Assembly (NCBI GenBank): GCA_002633005.1
Contig: NMRA01000162.1
Location: 99,335 to 163,334, forward strand
Source: Phoronis australis
Taxonomy: Eukaryota > Animalia > Phoronida
Length of the DNA: 64,000 nucleotides
Direction: 5' to 3'
The notes beneath the pieces are model-generated. The model made no database searches. It was not told where the DNA came from and worked only from the letters and a program-made list of their open reading frames with translations. Positions 25,401 to 39,500 of this stretch are shown here, in pieces. A program made the translations under genes and the position numbers. The first letter of the stretch is position 1, and the number at the start of each line of letters is the position of its first letter.

Positions 25401-28400
25401 AAAGGTGAAGGAATGGTTACAAGTACATTTATATGAGTGGAGTAATCCAGCCCAGGTATGTCATCATTCCTTCAGTTTTGCAAGGTGAGAGTTACCAATG
25501 ACATTGTGGTGAAAACAGCTCACATAACTTACCAAACATAGAGAACTTTTACCGGACTTAAGATTTTGTGAAAGATTGCTTTAGGACTATTCTAAACCAG
25601 TATTGACTAGATGACCATTTCACAAACGATGAGGAACATGAGAAAATAATAGGGAAAAATGGAAAAAGTAATATATAAGCTCATGATGAGGAAAATCATC
25701 AAGTAGTAGTAACATTCACAGCTCATTAAATTACTTGCCTAATGTCAACCTTACAACATCACTTAAGACTTAGGACACTTGAAACGAGCTCGACTTAAAC
25801 CCGCAGAACCCATGCCGAAATTCTAGCCTGTCCAGGACAATTGTTGTGCAGCACTTTTACGAGTGTGTAGTCACGTGTTCCCAAACGCCATCCACATAAC
25901 GAGACTCTAGTAAAAGACAACCCGAGGGTGTAAACAGTGGTCTAAAAGTCCAAGAAAATTTGGGACTGTAGACAGGGTTTTACACTTTACACGGGAATCT
26001 AACACCAGTGCAGCACGAACAGTTACTATATTCAAAGTAACCAAGGTTTTTCTACAATATCCGCAGGTTCTTCAACAACCTTCCCAGAAATTTACTTCTG
26101 TATGGAGCTATCTCCTTCAACGTTCAGTAATCTAGCATTCTATACAACACTACGTCCTTCAGTACCTCTATAGCTTCCACTAAACTGACTTTCAGTACTG
26201 TCTTAAAATATTTGCATTGAAATCCGACCAATTTTGGACAAAATTGCCAAAACTGATCATTTTTCACAGATTTTTATAGTTGCTGTGAATAACCACAAGA
26301 TGGAGTATTCACACTCATCACTAGTTACTCCTCACATATTTGGATTGGTAGGCCAAATAAAGGAAAATTGGTTATGGTCGTTACCGGACTCATTCTGAGA
26401 CCGGCACAGAAAACAACATACAGTATCAATTTCAGCCAAGTTTTTTTCGGAAAAGCTGCTCAAAAGCACGTAAGGTTAAGCAAAGTTTGAAACCACATGA
26501 TTTGCCAAGCAATGAGCAAAAAAAATAAAAAAGGAGCATCACCTTTGCTTGTCTCACGTAGATTTTCTTTTTTTGAAAAAATGTTCAACTAAAAAACACC
26601 ATACCATCCACTCGATTTTGACAAAAACATGGTCCAGAATTGATTGTTTTTGGCCTAATGTGAATTTCATCAACAAGAAGGAAGTCTAAGACAGGACGGT
26701 GGGATACTGTGTCACAGTCATCACTAGCTGTACAACAATATCAACAACAGGAAATTGACCAATCACCAGGATTCTGAGTGATGGAGTGATGGCTTAACTG
26801 ACCAATCAGAATGCAGCATTCTTGACACACCTTCGTTTCCAAGCCGCCATTTTACCCGACAAGCAACACGTTGCCGGGTAAAACTTATTGCATGCTTGTC
26901 GACATTTCGCAAGGGGGCGGAGCTTGCCATAGGTCAATTAAGTTCACAGTTGAAGGTAATAAATACACGTATTATATTCATCATTTTATGAGCTGAGGGT
27001 CAATTGCCTATAGTGCTAACAAACAATTGATGTAAATTTGGATAGTCTTTTCACCCACTGACTGCAGAATCTTAAACTGGGCTCAGTTCGGTAGTCAGAT
27101 ATAAATTACACCATTGAGGGTCGTCTCTTCAGTTTGAGGGTAAAACTTGTCAGAAAAAAGTTCGAAATTCAAAAATTTTTCATTCGCAAGACCAATCTTA
27201 CCCCCAAAGAAGGCATTTCCATTATTCTATAAATTCAGGTTTTTATGGATAATGTATCAAAACACAAAAAGGATCTTTCAGTTTCAGGAAATCCCATAAC
27301 TGCCCGAAACAAAAGAATTTTTAACCAGAGCATATGAACTAGAAAAGTGCCAACAAATCTGGTCAGCTTTCAGCCACAAGGTAAACGTAACAAAAAAATG
27401 ACAACTTCAACTTGAAAAAAATCAAGCGTGCAGCAAGGAAACAGTCTACAGAAGCATATTTGTAAATTTCACCTCGACCCTCAGTGTAATCAATTTTAGA
27501 AATGCTAACACACTGGATTTTTTACAGAGAGCACTATGGCTTTTTAAGTATTGATTGCTTACAGGTTGGTAGGGAATCTTTTAAACTGATGTTTACACTC
27601 TCCTATATTACAAACCCTTCAAAGCTCACATTGTGGTGCCTACATATAACTTAGGAACGTATTGGCCAGTAATTTGCATTCATGCAAAATAAAATTAGAT
27701 AAGATACAATATTAGCGTAAATGTCAATTATGTATATGTATGTACACCAAGATACACGCTGCGAATGTCTACTTAGAACTTCAATTCTCTTCCTAGAAAG
27801 CACACTGTGCATTGTATATACAAAATAGCGCTAACGCCTTACAGACTCACTGTTATAGGAAACTTCTAAGAATGGGTCGGGAAAAATAACCCATGCGTCA
27901 CACCCATGGGAATTAATTGGTTCTGAAACCACAACCTATCTAAATCTTCCACCTAATTATGCGCGGAACAGCACTACTTAGGTGGCACTCAAACCACGGG
28001 AAAAACACACCTATTCAACCGTGGCATAGCTACACAACACACTGCTGCCTTCACCTACAGCTATCAATAACCACCAACTCGAAGACGGAAAGCGACTCCC
28101 AGCAGGAGACTTCATGTTCACCAGGTGGCGCTAACAAAGAGAGGAAACCTTTTTTTTGTTAACCAACACAGTGTGCTAATGGTACGAGGTTACTGAATGT
28201 GTGCTTGTCAAAGATAGGATCAATGTTTCACCAGCGCCACTTCACAAGTAATGAGTTCCTCACTGTACAAGAAGAAACTCGCATAAAAGATATGAACAAA
28301 ACGCACGCTAACTCCAGAATTCAATTTGCTTTTTACCCAACCAGTAGACAGAAGTTTCCGGCAAGTAAGTTACAGTTAACATAATCAGATGCTGCTTTCG

Positions 28401-28439
28401 GTTCTGTTGTAGTAAAAAAAGAACAAGCATACGAGCATA

Positions 28440-31400
28440 TCATGACTTGTGATTGGAGGTTAACCAGGTCAACCCCTCGTATAATCCGTCGCCTGTTGTT
28501 GCGCAAGACGGCTGAACATACCAGTTCCTGTCGCGGATCCTTGTCAGACCGAGTTTTTCTTGAATTTCATGAGGTTTCATGGCTGAAAAAGCAAAGAAAA
28601 TAAGAAAATTCTAAAAGGACAGCAAAAAAGTCGAGGGCCGAATAAGTTTACTAATGCAAGCAATGCAAAGTGATGATAAGCATAGACCTTGCTGTATCCC
28701 AACAGGTGCTGCTTACTACTTTCACGTCATACAATGAGACTGCTTAAGAGTATCTCAAACCTTATTCATAAAAATTGGCTGTTCTCACAATATTTTACAT
28801 ATGTCTAGCAAAATAACTTATCTTCATTCTCGGGAAACTTCAAACACGAAATGTATACTGTGAAGCGAGAAAAAAGATTTAGCAGAACCACCTTGGAACT
28901 GCACAATCGCGTGGAAATTTGTTTACAACATATCCGAGATCAAAGGTTACAGGGCTGTCAGTGAAATCGAATCACCTGGCGCCAGGCATACAGCAGTTTT
29001 GTATGTACCTTCAGTCCTTTCATTCACCCAGTCGACATAATATCGAGGTGTACATAGCACAGAAAGATGCCGTGGAAAACAAAGATAAAATGCAGTTTTT
29101 ATCCTAAGGGAGTTGTGCGTCTGCATGCATACGGCCACTGAGAACAAAGGCGCCGAGTCCAAGTTGCTGAACCATCCCTGTGACTTAGTGTTCACTAACA
29201 CCACAAGTTGTTAAAAAAGATGATATTACGCTGTTTCGATCTCTTGCTCACGGCATGCTTTAATCACTGACTCGATTTCTATTGTCTATTTTGTACTTGA
29301 CTTCTTGATATCACTCTCCCTGGTGTGTGGTGTGCATACAATGGACTGCTGACCTACTTACTGTTGACTCCGCCTTCTAACCTAGATAACACTAAGTACA
29401 GGAAACCCCATGTACAAAATTAAAACTTTTTAGTGCTTATTAAGTTAATTACGCACTGCCAAATCAGTTGACATTGCAAGTGAATGTTGAAATAGCGAAC
29501 ATGGTTAAGGCATATATACGTTATATTGACTGAAAACTAGTATTAACCGAATAATTAACTGAAGACCTAGACATTTTCACATCTTACAACTTAATTGGCT
29601 TTTTCTTGACTTCGGCACATATACTTAATTTGAACTTAGGATTGAGAGTTCTTGAAAATGGCTATGTGCACTTCGCTGAACTTTTCCAAACTTAATATAT
29701 ATTCATCAATCTCAAAAATCTGTTAGGATTTTCAATGTAAATGTACAGTTTTTGCGTAAAATAACAAAGATGAATACGACTGCTATTTTTACAAACACAC
29801 CTTACCTTTTACAAGTACATTTGTCATAGCAACCAAACTAAAAGACTAATTGAAAATTTTTAACAGCATTTTTGAGATAACAGAAGTTTCAATTTAAAAA
29901 ATGTTTCATTGAAACTAACTGAGGGTTATTTAGCCTTAATATACCCTTCATAAAAATGAAATTTCTACTTAAAAAAGGTGATAACGTAATAATGACAATG
30001 GCACATAAATATAAAACATATTTAGTATTCCCTGATCTTTTTCTTTCAGATAATATATACTTTTACTAGTTGACAAAGGCCGGTTTTATGATATAGGAGT
30101 TAGAATGAAGGCCACTAGATAAGGTTTGAGATAACCTTAACCCAATTTGGCCACTATCAAATGAAAAAGTCCATGCCTGCTTTTCAAATTTTCAGTCACG
30201 CGAAACATATTTTCTGACAAAATGTCCCATCACGTTCTTGCAGTTAGGTAGGTAGGTAAAGAGACAAGCAAGAAATGCAAGCTCTCTGAGCAGTAACACT
30301 TGGTGGAATTAGCTGGGAAAGTGACGACGACGAACGCACCAACACCAAAAATGGCGATGCCCATGAAATCAATGACGCAGTGAAACATCTTGAATAGCAA
30401 CGATGAAAATGCCGTCTTCAAAACCGGTTACAACGCTGATGCACGGAGTAACGATCACAAATGAAAAGTATGCTTCAATTGAAAGTGTAGCAAATAAAGT
30501 AAAATTTCTCCAATTAGGACCAACGAGAAATTATTATTTTGCTTATTTTAGGTCGCGGCTTGTCCCAAATTGTAGAAAAAAAGACAAGGTTGGTCGTCCC
30601 AAATTCAAGAATCATCCAGAAAGACAGCAAAATTACCCACTGTGTAGACTGAAATCACATTGCCAAAATTAGAGAAATATAGCCAAAATTGCCATTGTAC
30701 CAAATTTCAGAATAAAAAACATTATTTTTGCAGGAGTTTCCATATCTCAAATTCTAGAGACTATCCCAAATTGCCGCATTTTTACCGCAACACAAACAAC
30801 TCACCATCGGGTAAATCTTGCTTGTTGGCAAATATTAGTATGATGGCGTCCCTCATCTCTCGGTCATTAATGATCTTGTGTAGCTCCTGCCGTGCCTCCT
30901 CAATACGATCGCGATCGGCACAGTCCACCACAAAGATGAGCCCCTGCGTGCCGGCGTAGTAATGCCGCCACAGGGGGCGAATCTTGTCCTGACCCCCAAC
31001 GTCCTAAAATGAAGCGAAACAACTTGTACAAATATACGACGTCATTTACTGTTCTTTCCAAGTTGTAAAGATTCGTGTATTTAAGTTGCTTGACCCGAGT
31101 TGGGGAATAATAAAGCTAAAATTCAAATTAAACAAAAATGTTTTGTATGTTACACATCGAAACAAATCTTTGATCCATGCACAAAAATTCCCAAAGTCAC
31201 GTGTGCTTGCATTATTTACCAATTATCGCAGAAACCCGATTAAGTTTTTTCGCATTTGTAGGTCTGGACACGTGGCTTTGGGGATTTTGTGCACTCATAT
31301 CAAAGGTCATTCCTCGCGACGTAACAAAAAAGTTGGTTTGAACTGAACTCTAGCCATCTTATTTTTGAAAGTTTTGTTTTAGATCAATAACTCAACTTAT

Positions 31401-34400
31401 TTTTTCTTCAGAAAAGAGTGGATTTCGAAAAACCCACAGTTCACTATTGGTCAAGACCAGTCGCAACAAATCGACTTGCCATGCCACACCAACAGTGTGT
31501 GCCAAGACCATGGTCTCAAGCACTGACAAACGCTCAATTTTTACAATGTTCACGAATCCTCTCCAACCCGAGTAATGAACAAGTTTAGACCACTTTTACA
31601 GTGGCAAGTGGTCTCAATCAAAAGCCAATTGTTTGACACAGCTTTAACAGACCAGTCAAACAAACATCAGTTGAAGCAGGACTACCCCTCATATAAAATA
31701 AAATAAATTACTGAAAGCAGAACTTGGCTTTTACCATTTGGAATAACAACTGAAGGAACCTGACAAAGTTCACCATGAATCTGAAACTAAAGGATATGCC
31801 CGATGGTGACCTCATGGAAATCGCTCAACAATTTAATGAGGTGATTGGGCTCTGATACTACCTTGTGACAGTCTGTGTTTCAATTTGTAAACAAATGAAA
31901 ACATACTCACCCACACATTGAACTTGACACTTTTGTATGTGACTGTTTCTACATTGAAGCCCACTGTAGGAATGGTATTTACATACTGACCTAGTTTGAG
32001 TTTGTACAAAACGGCTGGAAAGTTTGGGTTAAGGAAACTTAACAGAGAGAACCCCCCACAAATTAAACTAAACAGCACACAATGTGTTATCATACAGTAC
32101 AACAAATGAAACAAAACCTATCAGACAACATGAATGTCCAGAACATGTGTCAACCAAAGCATTCACTATGGTAAATCCTTAAAAATTTATCACACTGACA
32201 ATATAGTGGACAAGTGAAATTTCGAAAAAGCCCGCATTGTTTTCATCAGAATATAAGTTGCGTCAAATTAATTCTTTAATTCACTATCTTCTGTTCCTTG
32301 CTACCATCAAATACCATTTTAGAAAAAAAAAAACATGCATAGGACCTTTAAAAAGGGGCAATTTCAGCAATTATTTGATAATATTTTACTTTAACCACCT
32401 AAGATTGACTTTAGTTGTCAACTTGCCCTAGATTGATATTGCCTCATGCAAATGTGTTTCAACAGACATTCAATTTATGGCGAAATAAACGACACAAATT
32501 TCTCTCTGGAGAACTGTCCACAAGGAGGTACAATAGACCAAAAGCTCAAAAGAACACCCTCCCATGTACACCTCAGTAATGTTCTGAAGGCATCATATTT
32601 TGCTGACATCATGTAATCAAATCTGATGCAACTGGATTGGTTTGCAAAGTTAACCTTGACATTTCTAATGGATAATGCAACACCGTCGTTTCAGAGCCTG
32701 GTCAGAGGAGTTCGCTTGATTTTCAAATATTTTTCATAGAGGAACAGGGCCCGACATTCGGCCCCAAAATCAAGGCATTGAGGGCTCTGTATATACATTT
32801 CTCATGTGTGTATGTGAGACAGTACAATTTATTTTCAGACAAGCCTCACAGGACAAGCAACGTCATTTAAAATCATTTATGAGGATTTTGAAACAAAAAG
32901 TTTGATGCAGATCTGCGATTTCTATTCTTAAATACAGAGCGCAGGTTTGAAAATGAGTCTGGACGCAGACTGAATTTTGGCTAAAATAAAGATGATGTAT
33001 AAACATCACAACTAGTACGTACGTTATATTGGGACTATGCAATAGCGCGGATCACGCCCCCTATCACATTTTGTCACATTACAATGAGTCAAATTTGCCC
33101 AGTTTGAAGCTGTAACTTCCGAAAACGAGCACATCCTAACTTTAATTGGTCGAAACTTGGAGCTCTTAACACTTCCAGTTTCAAGACTCTGAATCATCAA
33201 TATGGATCACAACCGAGACTTACAAGTGAATTGAATGAACAAAGTAATTGTCACCCTTGAGGAACCCCTTTCACATTTCATAAAATAACTTCCTAAATTG
33301 TCAAGTTTCCATCTAATCAACAGACGTAAACTTATGCTGAAACCTTCTTGACAGAAAAATCTACATCGAAACCCTTAAGCATAACACAATCGTTAATAAT
33401 CACATGATTATTCTAATGGTCAATATGTAGTGAAACGTGTTTCATTTTTGACTTATTCGCAAACTATAGAGATAACAGCCTCTCTTTACAAAACAATATC
33501 CCAAGTCTTCATTTTTGACGAACAGTTTGTCTGTAGTCTGAGGAAAAATCCGAAATCTGTGAATAGTTCCCTCAGCTCAAGACAAAACAATAAGTGCGCA
33601 AAATTTCATGCGAACCAACCTCATGCAATTAATAGAAATCAATGTTCAAATCTACTAAAAGTGACGAAAGTCAAAAGGACTGAAAATAGACGATAAAGAT
33701 TTGCTACGCAACTGAAATTGGCATTTGGTGCCAAAATTATGTGCCTATATCATGGATAACAATGACAAAAGAAGATACAACTTCATACGATATGAAAAAA
33801 TTCCACGGAAGTTTATATTTACGTACATTAAAGTGGAACTTGCAGGCTAATTCCTAATCTCTGGGCTAGTTCAGTCAAATTACTTAGAAACACAACGTAT
33901 AGCCACGATGGGAATATGAAGTAGGTTGACTATTAGATTGTCAAATGTTTTTAAGAACACGTTTTGTGACAAAAGTGATCTGGCGCAAATCATTGAACCG
34001 TGTCCAGTAAGTATCCTGACGTGGTGTTGGGGAATAACACTGCATGATGTGGCTACATGAGTCCGCGAGGTACGTCATTAGCGCAAAGGTCACCTATTTG
34101 CAGAATTTTTTGTTTTCACATTTACAAGTTGTCAATGAACACAACTGCGCTTTCTCTAGCACATATTGTTCAAATAGCATTGTCATCGAGTTCCTGCTAT
34201 ACATTAGCATAGTTAGGAGCAGGCAAATACATATTTTGCCTTAATTTTCCAGAAAATTGGCAATCTGCCAAGTTCAGTGTCATGCTCCAAGTCTGAGGCA
34301 CAGAACAGAAACACTTGAAGAACAGATCTTTAAAGGATACTTGTTTTACCAGCTGCATCTAATCCTAGCATGAGTATACGCATCTCTTTGTTGCCGAATA

Positions 34401-34422
34401 TTTTGGAGAGTAACTTCCCCAT
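28440..34422 (-). CDS. ARF6: ADP-ribosylation factor 6, 175 aa
   Basis: Exons 34341-34422, 31911-32014, 30805-31003, 28440-28582 total 528 nt. Translation: [28 protein letters not shown]...[17 protein letters not shown]...NKQDLP...WLTSNHKS, with an N-myristoylation Gly2. A 5'-UTR acceptor at 34452-34454 implies a further upstream non-coding exon. Confidence 0.98.
32015..34340 (-). other. U12-type (minor spliceosome) GT-AG intron of ARF6
   Basis: 5' splice site GTATCCTTT (34340-34332) and branch point TTCCTTAAC (32036-32028), 13 nt before the end of the intron. Both match the U12 consensus exactly. Splicing restores GKT-T-VLY in frame. Confidence 0.93.
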
Positions 34423-34661
34423 GGTGGAAGTGAGGGTTTTCTCACCACTGCCTGAAATCACAAGGTAAAAGGTTAGAAGAAAACGAGAAAGATGTACAAC
34501 ACAAGCATGCACCTGGGTGCAGATGTCTGCCAAGGCATCACGACTTGCGGGACGAGTTTGGTAAAGGCGTCTGCCTCAATGTGTTAACACGGCTAATAAG
34601 TCAAGGGATAACTGGTGCTCCTCCTATTGTGCTCTTTCTAAATGATTACTTACTGTAACTA

Positions 34662-34858
34662 TGCGCTCTATTCACACAGTCGCCATTTTAAAAGTGACCC
34701 TCTTTTTAGGGTTTCAAAACAATGCATTCTGTGCTTAATCACAGTACTAAGTGTGATTTTTTTTCACGTGCTTCGTTATGTTTACGTCTCAAATGCGTTG
34801 TTTTTTAAACCTAAAAAGAGGCTCAATACTAAAATGGCGACTGCGTGAATAAGGTGCA
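34662..34858. mobile_element. Short MITE-like element with ~28-bp terminal inverted repeats
   Basis: TATTCACACAGTCGCCATTTTA near the left end versus TAAAATGGCGACTGCGTGAATA near the right end. Confidence 0.6.
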
Positions 34859-36294
34859 TCGTGTGGAATCATATAAAAAGTTGGATATTCAATTAACTGA
34901 AATTTCATTTTTGAAAATGACAACACAGTTCGCTTGTTTAGCTAGGTAAAGAGGCCAATTTTGATTTTTAAGTACACCGAGTACAGGTCAATGATTGCTT
35001 GTTTGGCTATGAAAACAATTGCATTTTACAATTAAGTATTTGCATTGACACTCACAAGTGACTAAGACAAGTGAAAGAAAACCTTACCAACTATTTGATA
35101 TCACCATGACTCTCACTCACATTGCGATTTCAATTTCGAACAAGTTTTCCGGAATATAAGAATTTCCCCCCCAAAAAAGCATGCACAAGTAATGGTAATT
35201 CTGTGAAACGTGATTTTTATTTGCCTCAATAAATTTTCCGTGAGTTTCTAATGTCGTTTCTTGTTGTTTTCACGATTTTACCCATTTTTCATGTGCAGCA
35301 ACCGCTGATCACCGCATCAGTGCATGCAGTACATATAGTCCAGGAATCAAAAGCAAACAAATCAGCAAAATTTGAATGGTGACTAGAACAACTCTTGCAC
35401 CATTTCTTTCTTCAATCATACCAATCCAGGAAATCGCTTGCTCTGAAGGCAGAAATTTGACTTAATTTGTACTGAAATCATTTTTTAATGGGAGGTTTAG
35501 TGTCCATCACAGTGCCACGGGATGTCACCTAACAAGAGTCAACCTTTCCACTATTGAAACTTGGATTTTTGTGTAAATGTCACATTTTCACTCAAACTTC
35601 ACAGCCTTTTAGTCTTTCACACTACAGAGTTAGAACCTTGAACGGACATTCTTTTGGGATCACAAGAATTTTAGTCCCAATATGAAATGTGATATAATTA
35701 AACTCGAGTTGTTTCAATTCCAAACGCACAGCATGAGAAGGAAAAGTGTGTCAACTGAAGACGTAAACAGAAAATGGATCCTGTCATAATTAGTCCTTTA
35801 TGATATTGATTTTACTAGAGCAATTTTAGGCATCATTCGATTTACGTTTCTTACCCAACAAAACTATGTGAACTGCAGCTTCAACGTAATTTATACGGTA
35901 AGAATACAGCTACTCTGGTTATCAGTTCACAACATGAAGTAATCCTGACATAAATATCAAAAGCTAATCATCCAATAGCCCTCCCAACAGAATTTAGGAG
36001 CAGCTTCAGGGTGGAGAAACCATCTGGAGACTCATAATTTAAAATAAATACTTTGACCATTCGCTGTCAATCAATCACAACACAGTATCTGAATTTCCAG
36101 CTTTAATTTTGTAATGGGTAGGTATGCACAGCTGGAGGTAGCGCTAAGGAAGAAAATGTCACAGGTCATGGATCTAGGAGAATTAAGGGGAGCCCAACCC
36201 CAAAGGCCATCATTGCAAATAGTATAGGGCATTTTGTTCACGACTGGAGGGAGCTCAGGCCCTCGTTCCTGTCAACCTATGACAACACTCGTGG

Positions 36295-36550
36295 GGCATG
36301 TTCCAAGTAAACAGACTTAGCAAAGACAATCTTAAGCTAAAGTCAATTTCAAAATAAAACTTAAAAGGTAAGTTTGTCTTAGTCCCTTTCAAGAAAGTCA
36401 TGTTAAGTTTGACTTAAGTATTTTAGTTTAAGCTTTGTCGTAATTTTGACGTAACTAATATCGGATGTGGAAGTTTCAAAGTTTGGAAGTTGAGACAAAT
36501 CTTAGACCTAAGTCAAATATGAATTTAAGTTGGTTTCTTGAAATGGGCCC
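36295..36550. mobile_element. MITE-like remnant with GGGC...GCCC ends (Harbinger-like)
   Basis: GGGCATGTTCCAAGTAAAC versus GTTTCTTGAAATGGGCCC; internal repeated ACTTAAG/CTTAG/TAAGT motifs. The superfamily is inferred from the ends only. Confidence 0.4.
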
Positions 36551-39500
36551 CAGGACCATCATCTTACCACCGGCATGTTTTTCAATTTGGCCACAAGATC
36601 AATTTGACCTCTGGCATTTACAAGAACCAGACCTTGAAGTTTCAGGTCTATAACAGAGTGCTAAAAGTATCCACAAAAGTGTTTCCCATCCTGAGTATAT
36701 CAGCGTTGAGCAAAGAGCAGATAACTGTTACCACTTTGAACAATGAAGTTTCCAATAACAATTACTGCTAAAAATTGACCTTTATCTATTTTCAAGGTCT
36801 TCTAACAATGTTGCGAATCCTGACGACTATTCTAAGTATTGTCTGAAGACAGTTGTTGTATAAACCTCATGGCAAACAATAACTGGGCATCCCATGAAAA
36901 ATGTCAAAATAAAACAATACCGGCCTTCCATGAACGTGTTCTACATTTGTGATATTTACCATAATTAGCGTTTAACCGCCATTTTATCCTCAACGGCACA
37001 GTGATGAACAAAATTATGTATGCCAACATCAACCTAATGTACATGTCAATTGGTCAATACATGAGTGCAAGTTGGAGATGATGAATTGCAGTTTAGGAAT
37101 TCCGCCAAATAAAACCAAGCTCATGCGTGCCACACAAGCATTGTTGGAGGAAAGAAACAGATGCTGCACAACCACGAAGATTAATTTGAATGCAGAGTCC
37201 ATGACAGTTAATTTCAATAACAATGATTCTTTGATATCAATCGCCAACCAAAAACACGAATTTGCGACAATTTTGCAAACCAGATTATCCGCGCAAACAG
37301 ACACACCAAAAATGGAATTTGAATGGGTGCTGAGATGTCATTCATCGAGGAACAAATTCACCGATTCCAAACACTAAACAAAGCTGAAAACCAGGTGCTA
37401 AATAATCAAATGGGTCTTTCAAATGAAGGGCTTCAGTTGTTGACATGGCAATTTCTGAGCTCAAATTTTGTTTGGTGACCCGGGAAAAATGCGAAGTCGC
37501 CACGCACACAACAGGGTATGCGCCAACTCATTTGGCAAAAAATACGAAGGTCCAGTTCACGACTCTTGCAAAGATGTAAAGTAGTTGTGCATTCCTCTCT
37601 AAAGGTGGCACTGTTCTTTTGCCAGTTCTGCAAAACAATGAATGTTGTAGCAAATTGCAGCAAGTTTTCATTAAAACATAGCTGAACATAATTCAGCTAA
37701 AAGTAACCCCAAGTTCCAGGTTTGCGAATCATAGCAATAAACTTATTTGCGAACCAGTTTGATGCCTGCTAGTAGTGGAAAAAGCTGGTTCTAAATGCAG
37801 GAACTCTGTATATGACCCTGACTGGAATGAGTGCAGTTAGCAGTGCATGTATTGCTTGTTCCACTATTTGACAAATGATATTCTTAACAAATGCAGCAAA
37901 GAATGAGATAAGCCATCTGGAGATGTCAGTCATCCACAAACAATTCAAACATTCTGTTCCCATTTAACACAATCTGGGTGCAAAATAGTAAATACCATTT
38001 TTGTCAATTTTCTCGACAAATTAAACAAAAAAGAGAATTCATTCTGAACTCAGCATGAATTGTCCCGCACACACCGCTGTCATAAAACAACAGTTGAAAA
38101 CTTTGATTATGGCATATGTAGCAGGGGTAGACAGTCACTGGAAAACAACGACGACCATTTTGGCTAAAAAATTATAACTAAATTATTGGATCCCCAAGAC
38201 CAACCTCATGTTTCCAACACTGGTACCTAGTTTACGTAAGTCCTGCAAAAGATTTCTTTCAAATGTTGTTACAAAGTCTTATCAATCATACCGAAAAGAA
38301 ACTAGATAAAAAACGTATACTCATTTGTGTAAACAAGATTTCCAGAATGTCTGGTTCATTAGAACTATAGTCTGTGGTGAAGAAGCCCTCAATTTCACCT
38401 CAACCAGCCATTACACCTGAGCGGTAGACAGGTCATTTTTGACATAGTTCATTGAACCTTTAGTATTTATGTGGTGAAAAGTTGTCAGTGCCATCAATTA
38501 ACTTCCTTCTTAAAGCTTTATACAACAACAGGGTACATCCTCTCCGCCTCAAATGTCAAATTCACAACTCTGTATCTCAACTGGGAATAGGCCACCCTTA
38601 AAAAAAAATGCCTTCAGTGGAAACAAATGGTAACTGAAAGAACTGCTCACACATGTATAGGTAAATGAATTTTAAGTTTGTTATAGTAATTTTCACAAAA
38701 AAATAAATGCTAAAATTCCTCTTTCTTCTTTTCTCAATTTTTTTCTAACGCTGTTGTGAGTGTCCACAATTTTACAAAACATTGTAAAAAAGAAACCGTG
38801 GTACAGCATTGCTAAAGCATTAACTTTGAACTACAGATTGAGAAAAACAAATTTCACTTGTCGACCATATTTTGTCCTAAATTGGTGAGATTTTCCTTTT
38901 ATGTTCTCATATGATGCATGTTATTGTAATGCGTAAAACCCAACCAGCCAGCTCCATTTGATGTGGCATAAAACTCGCTTTCTGTCACAAAAACTAAATT
39001 TCAATTAAGACCACACAACGTTTATGAAATCGGGCTCAAATTATTCCATAGTCAAATCCCGGGTGATTTCTTGGCTTGCGAAAAACTACAACGGAACAGT
39101 TTGGCATTGCTCAAGACCACGCTCTACAAGTTGGCTTGTCACAGCAGGCCATTTTATGAGATGAACATGTTCTCAAGCGATAATGACCTGTCACGATTTT
39201 CTAAGTCAGCACAGACACTACTCATGACTCCTCTGATTTAGAGCAAGTTGAAATCAATTGCAAGTGAGTCTAAATCCAAATTTTTGTCTCCTTCACTAAA
39301 TGTAGGTTTATAGCCGCTTTAAAAGACCTGTCCCATTGGTCTGAAAGCTACAGTATTAGCGAAGTTTCGGTCAATAAAGGGAAACAAAGGGAACACTTTT
39401 CACTCTTGAATTAAAATTAATAGTGCGAGTTTATTCCAGAGTAAAGAGGTGAGTTTTACACCCAAAAGCATGGACGCTTCGCTACCATGGGAACGCTCAG

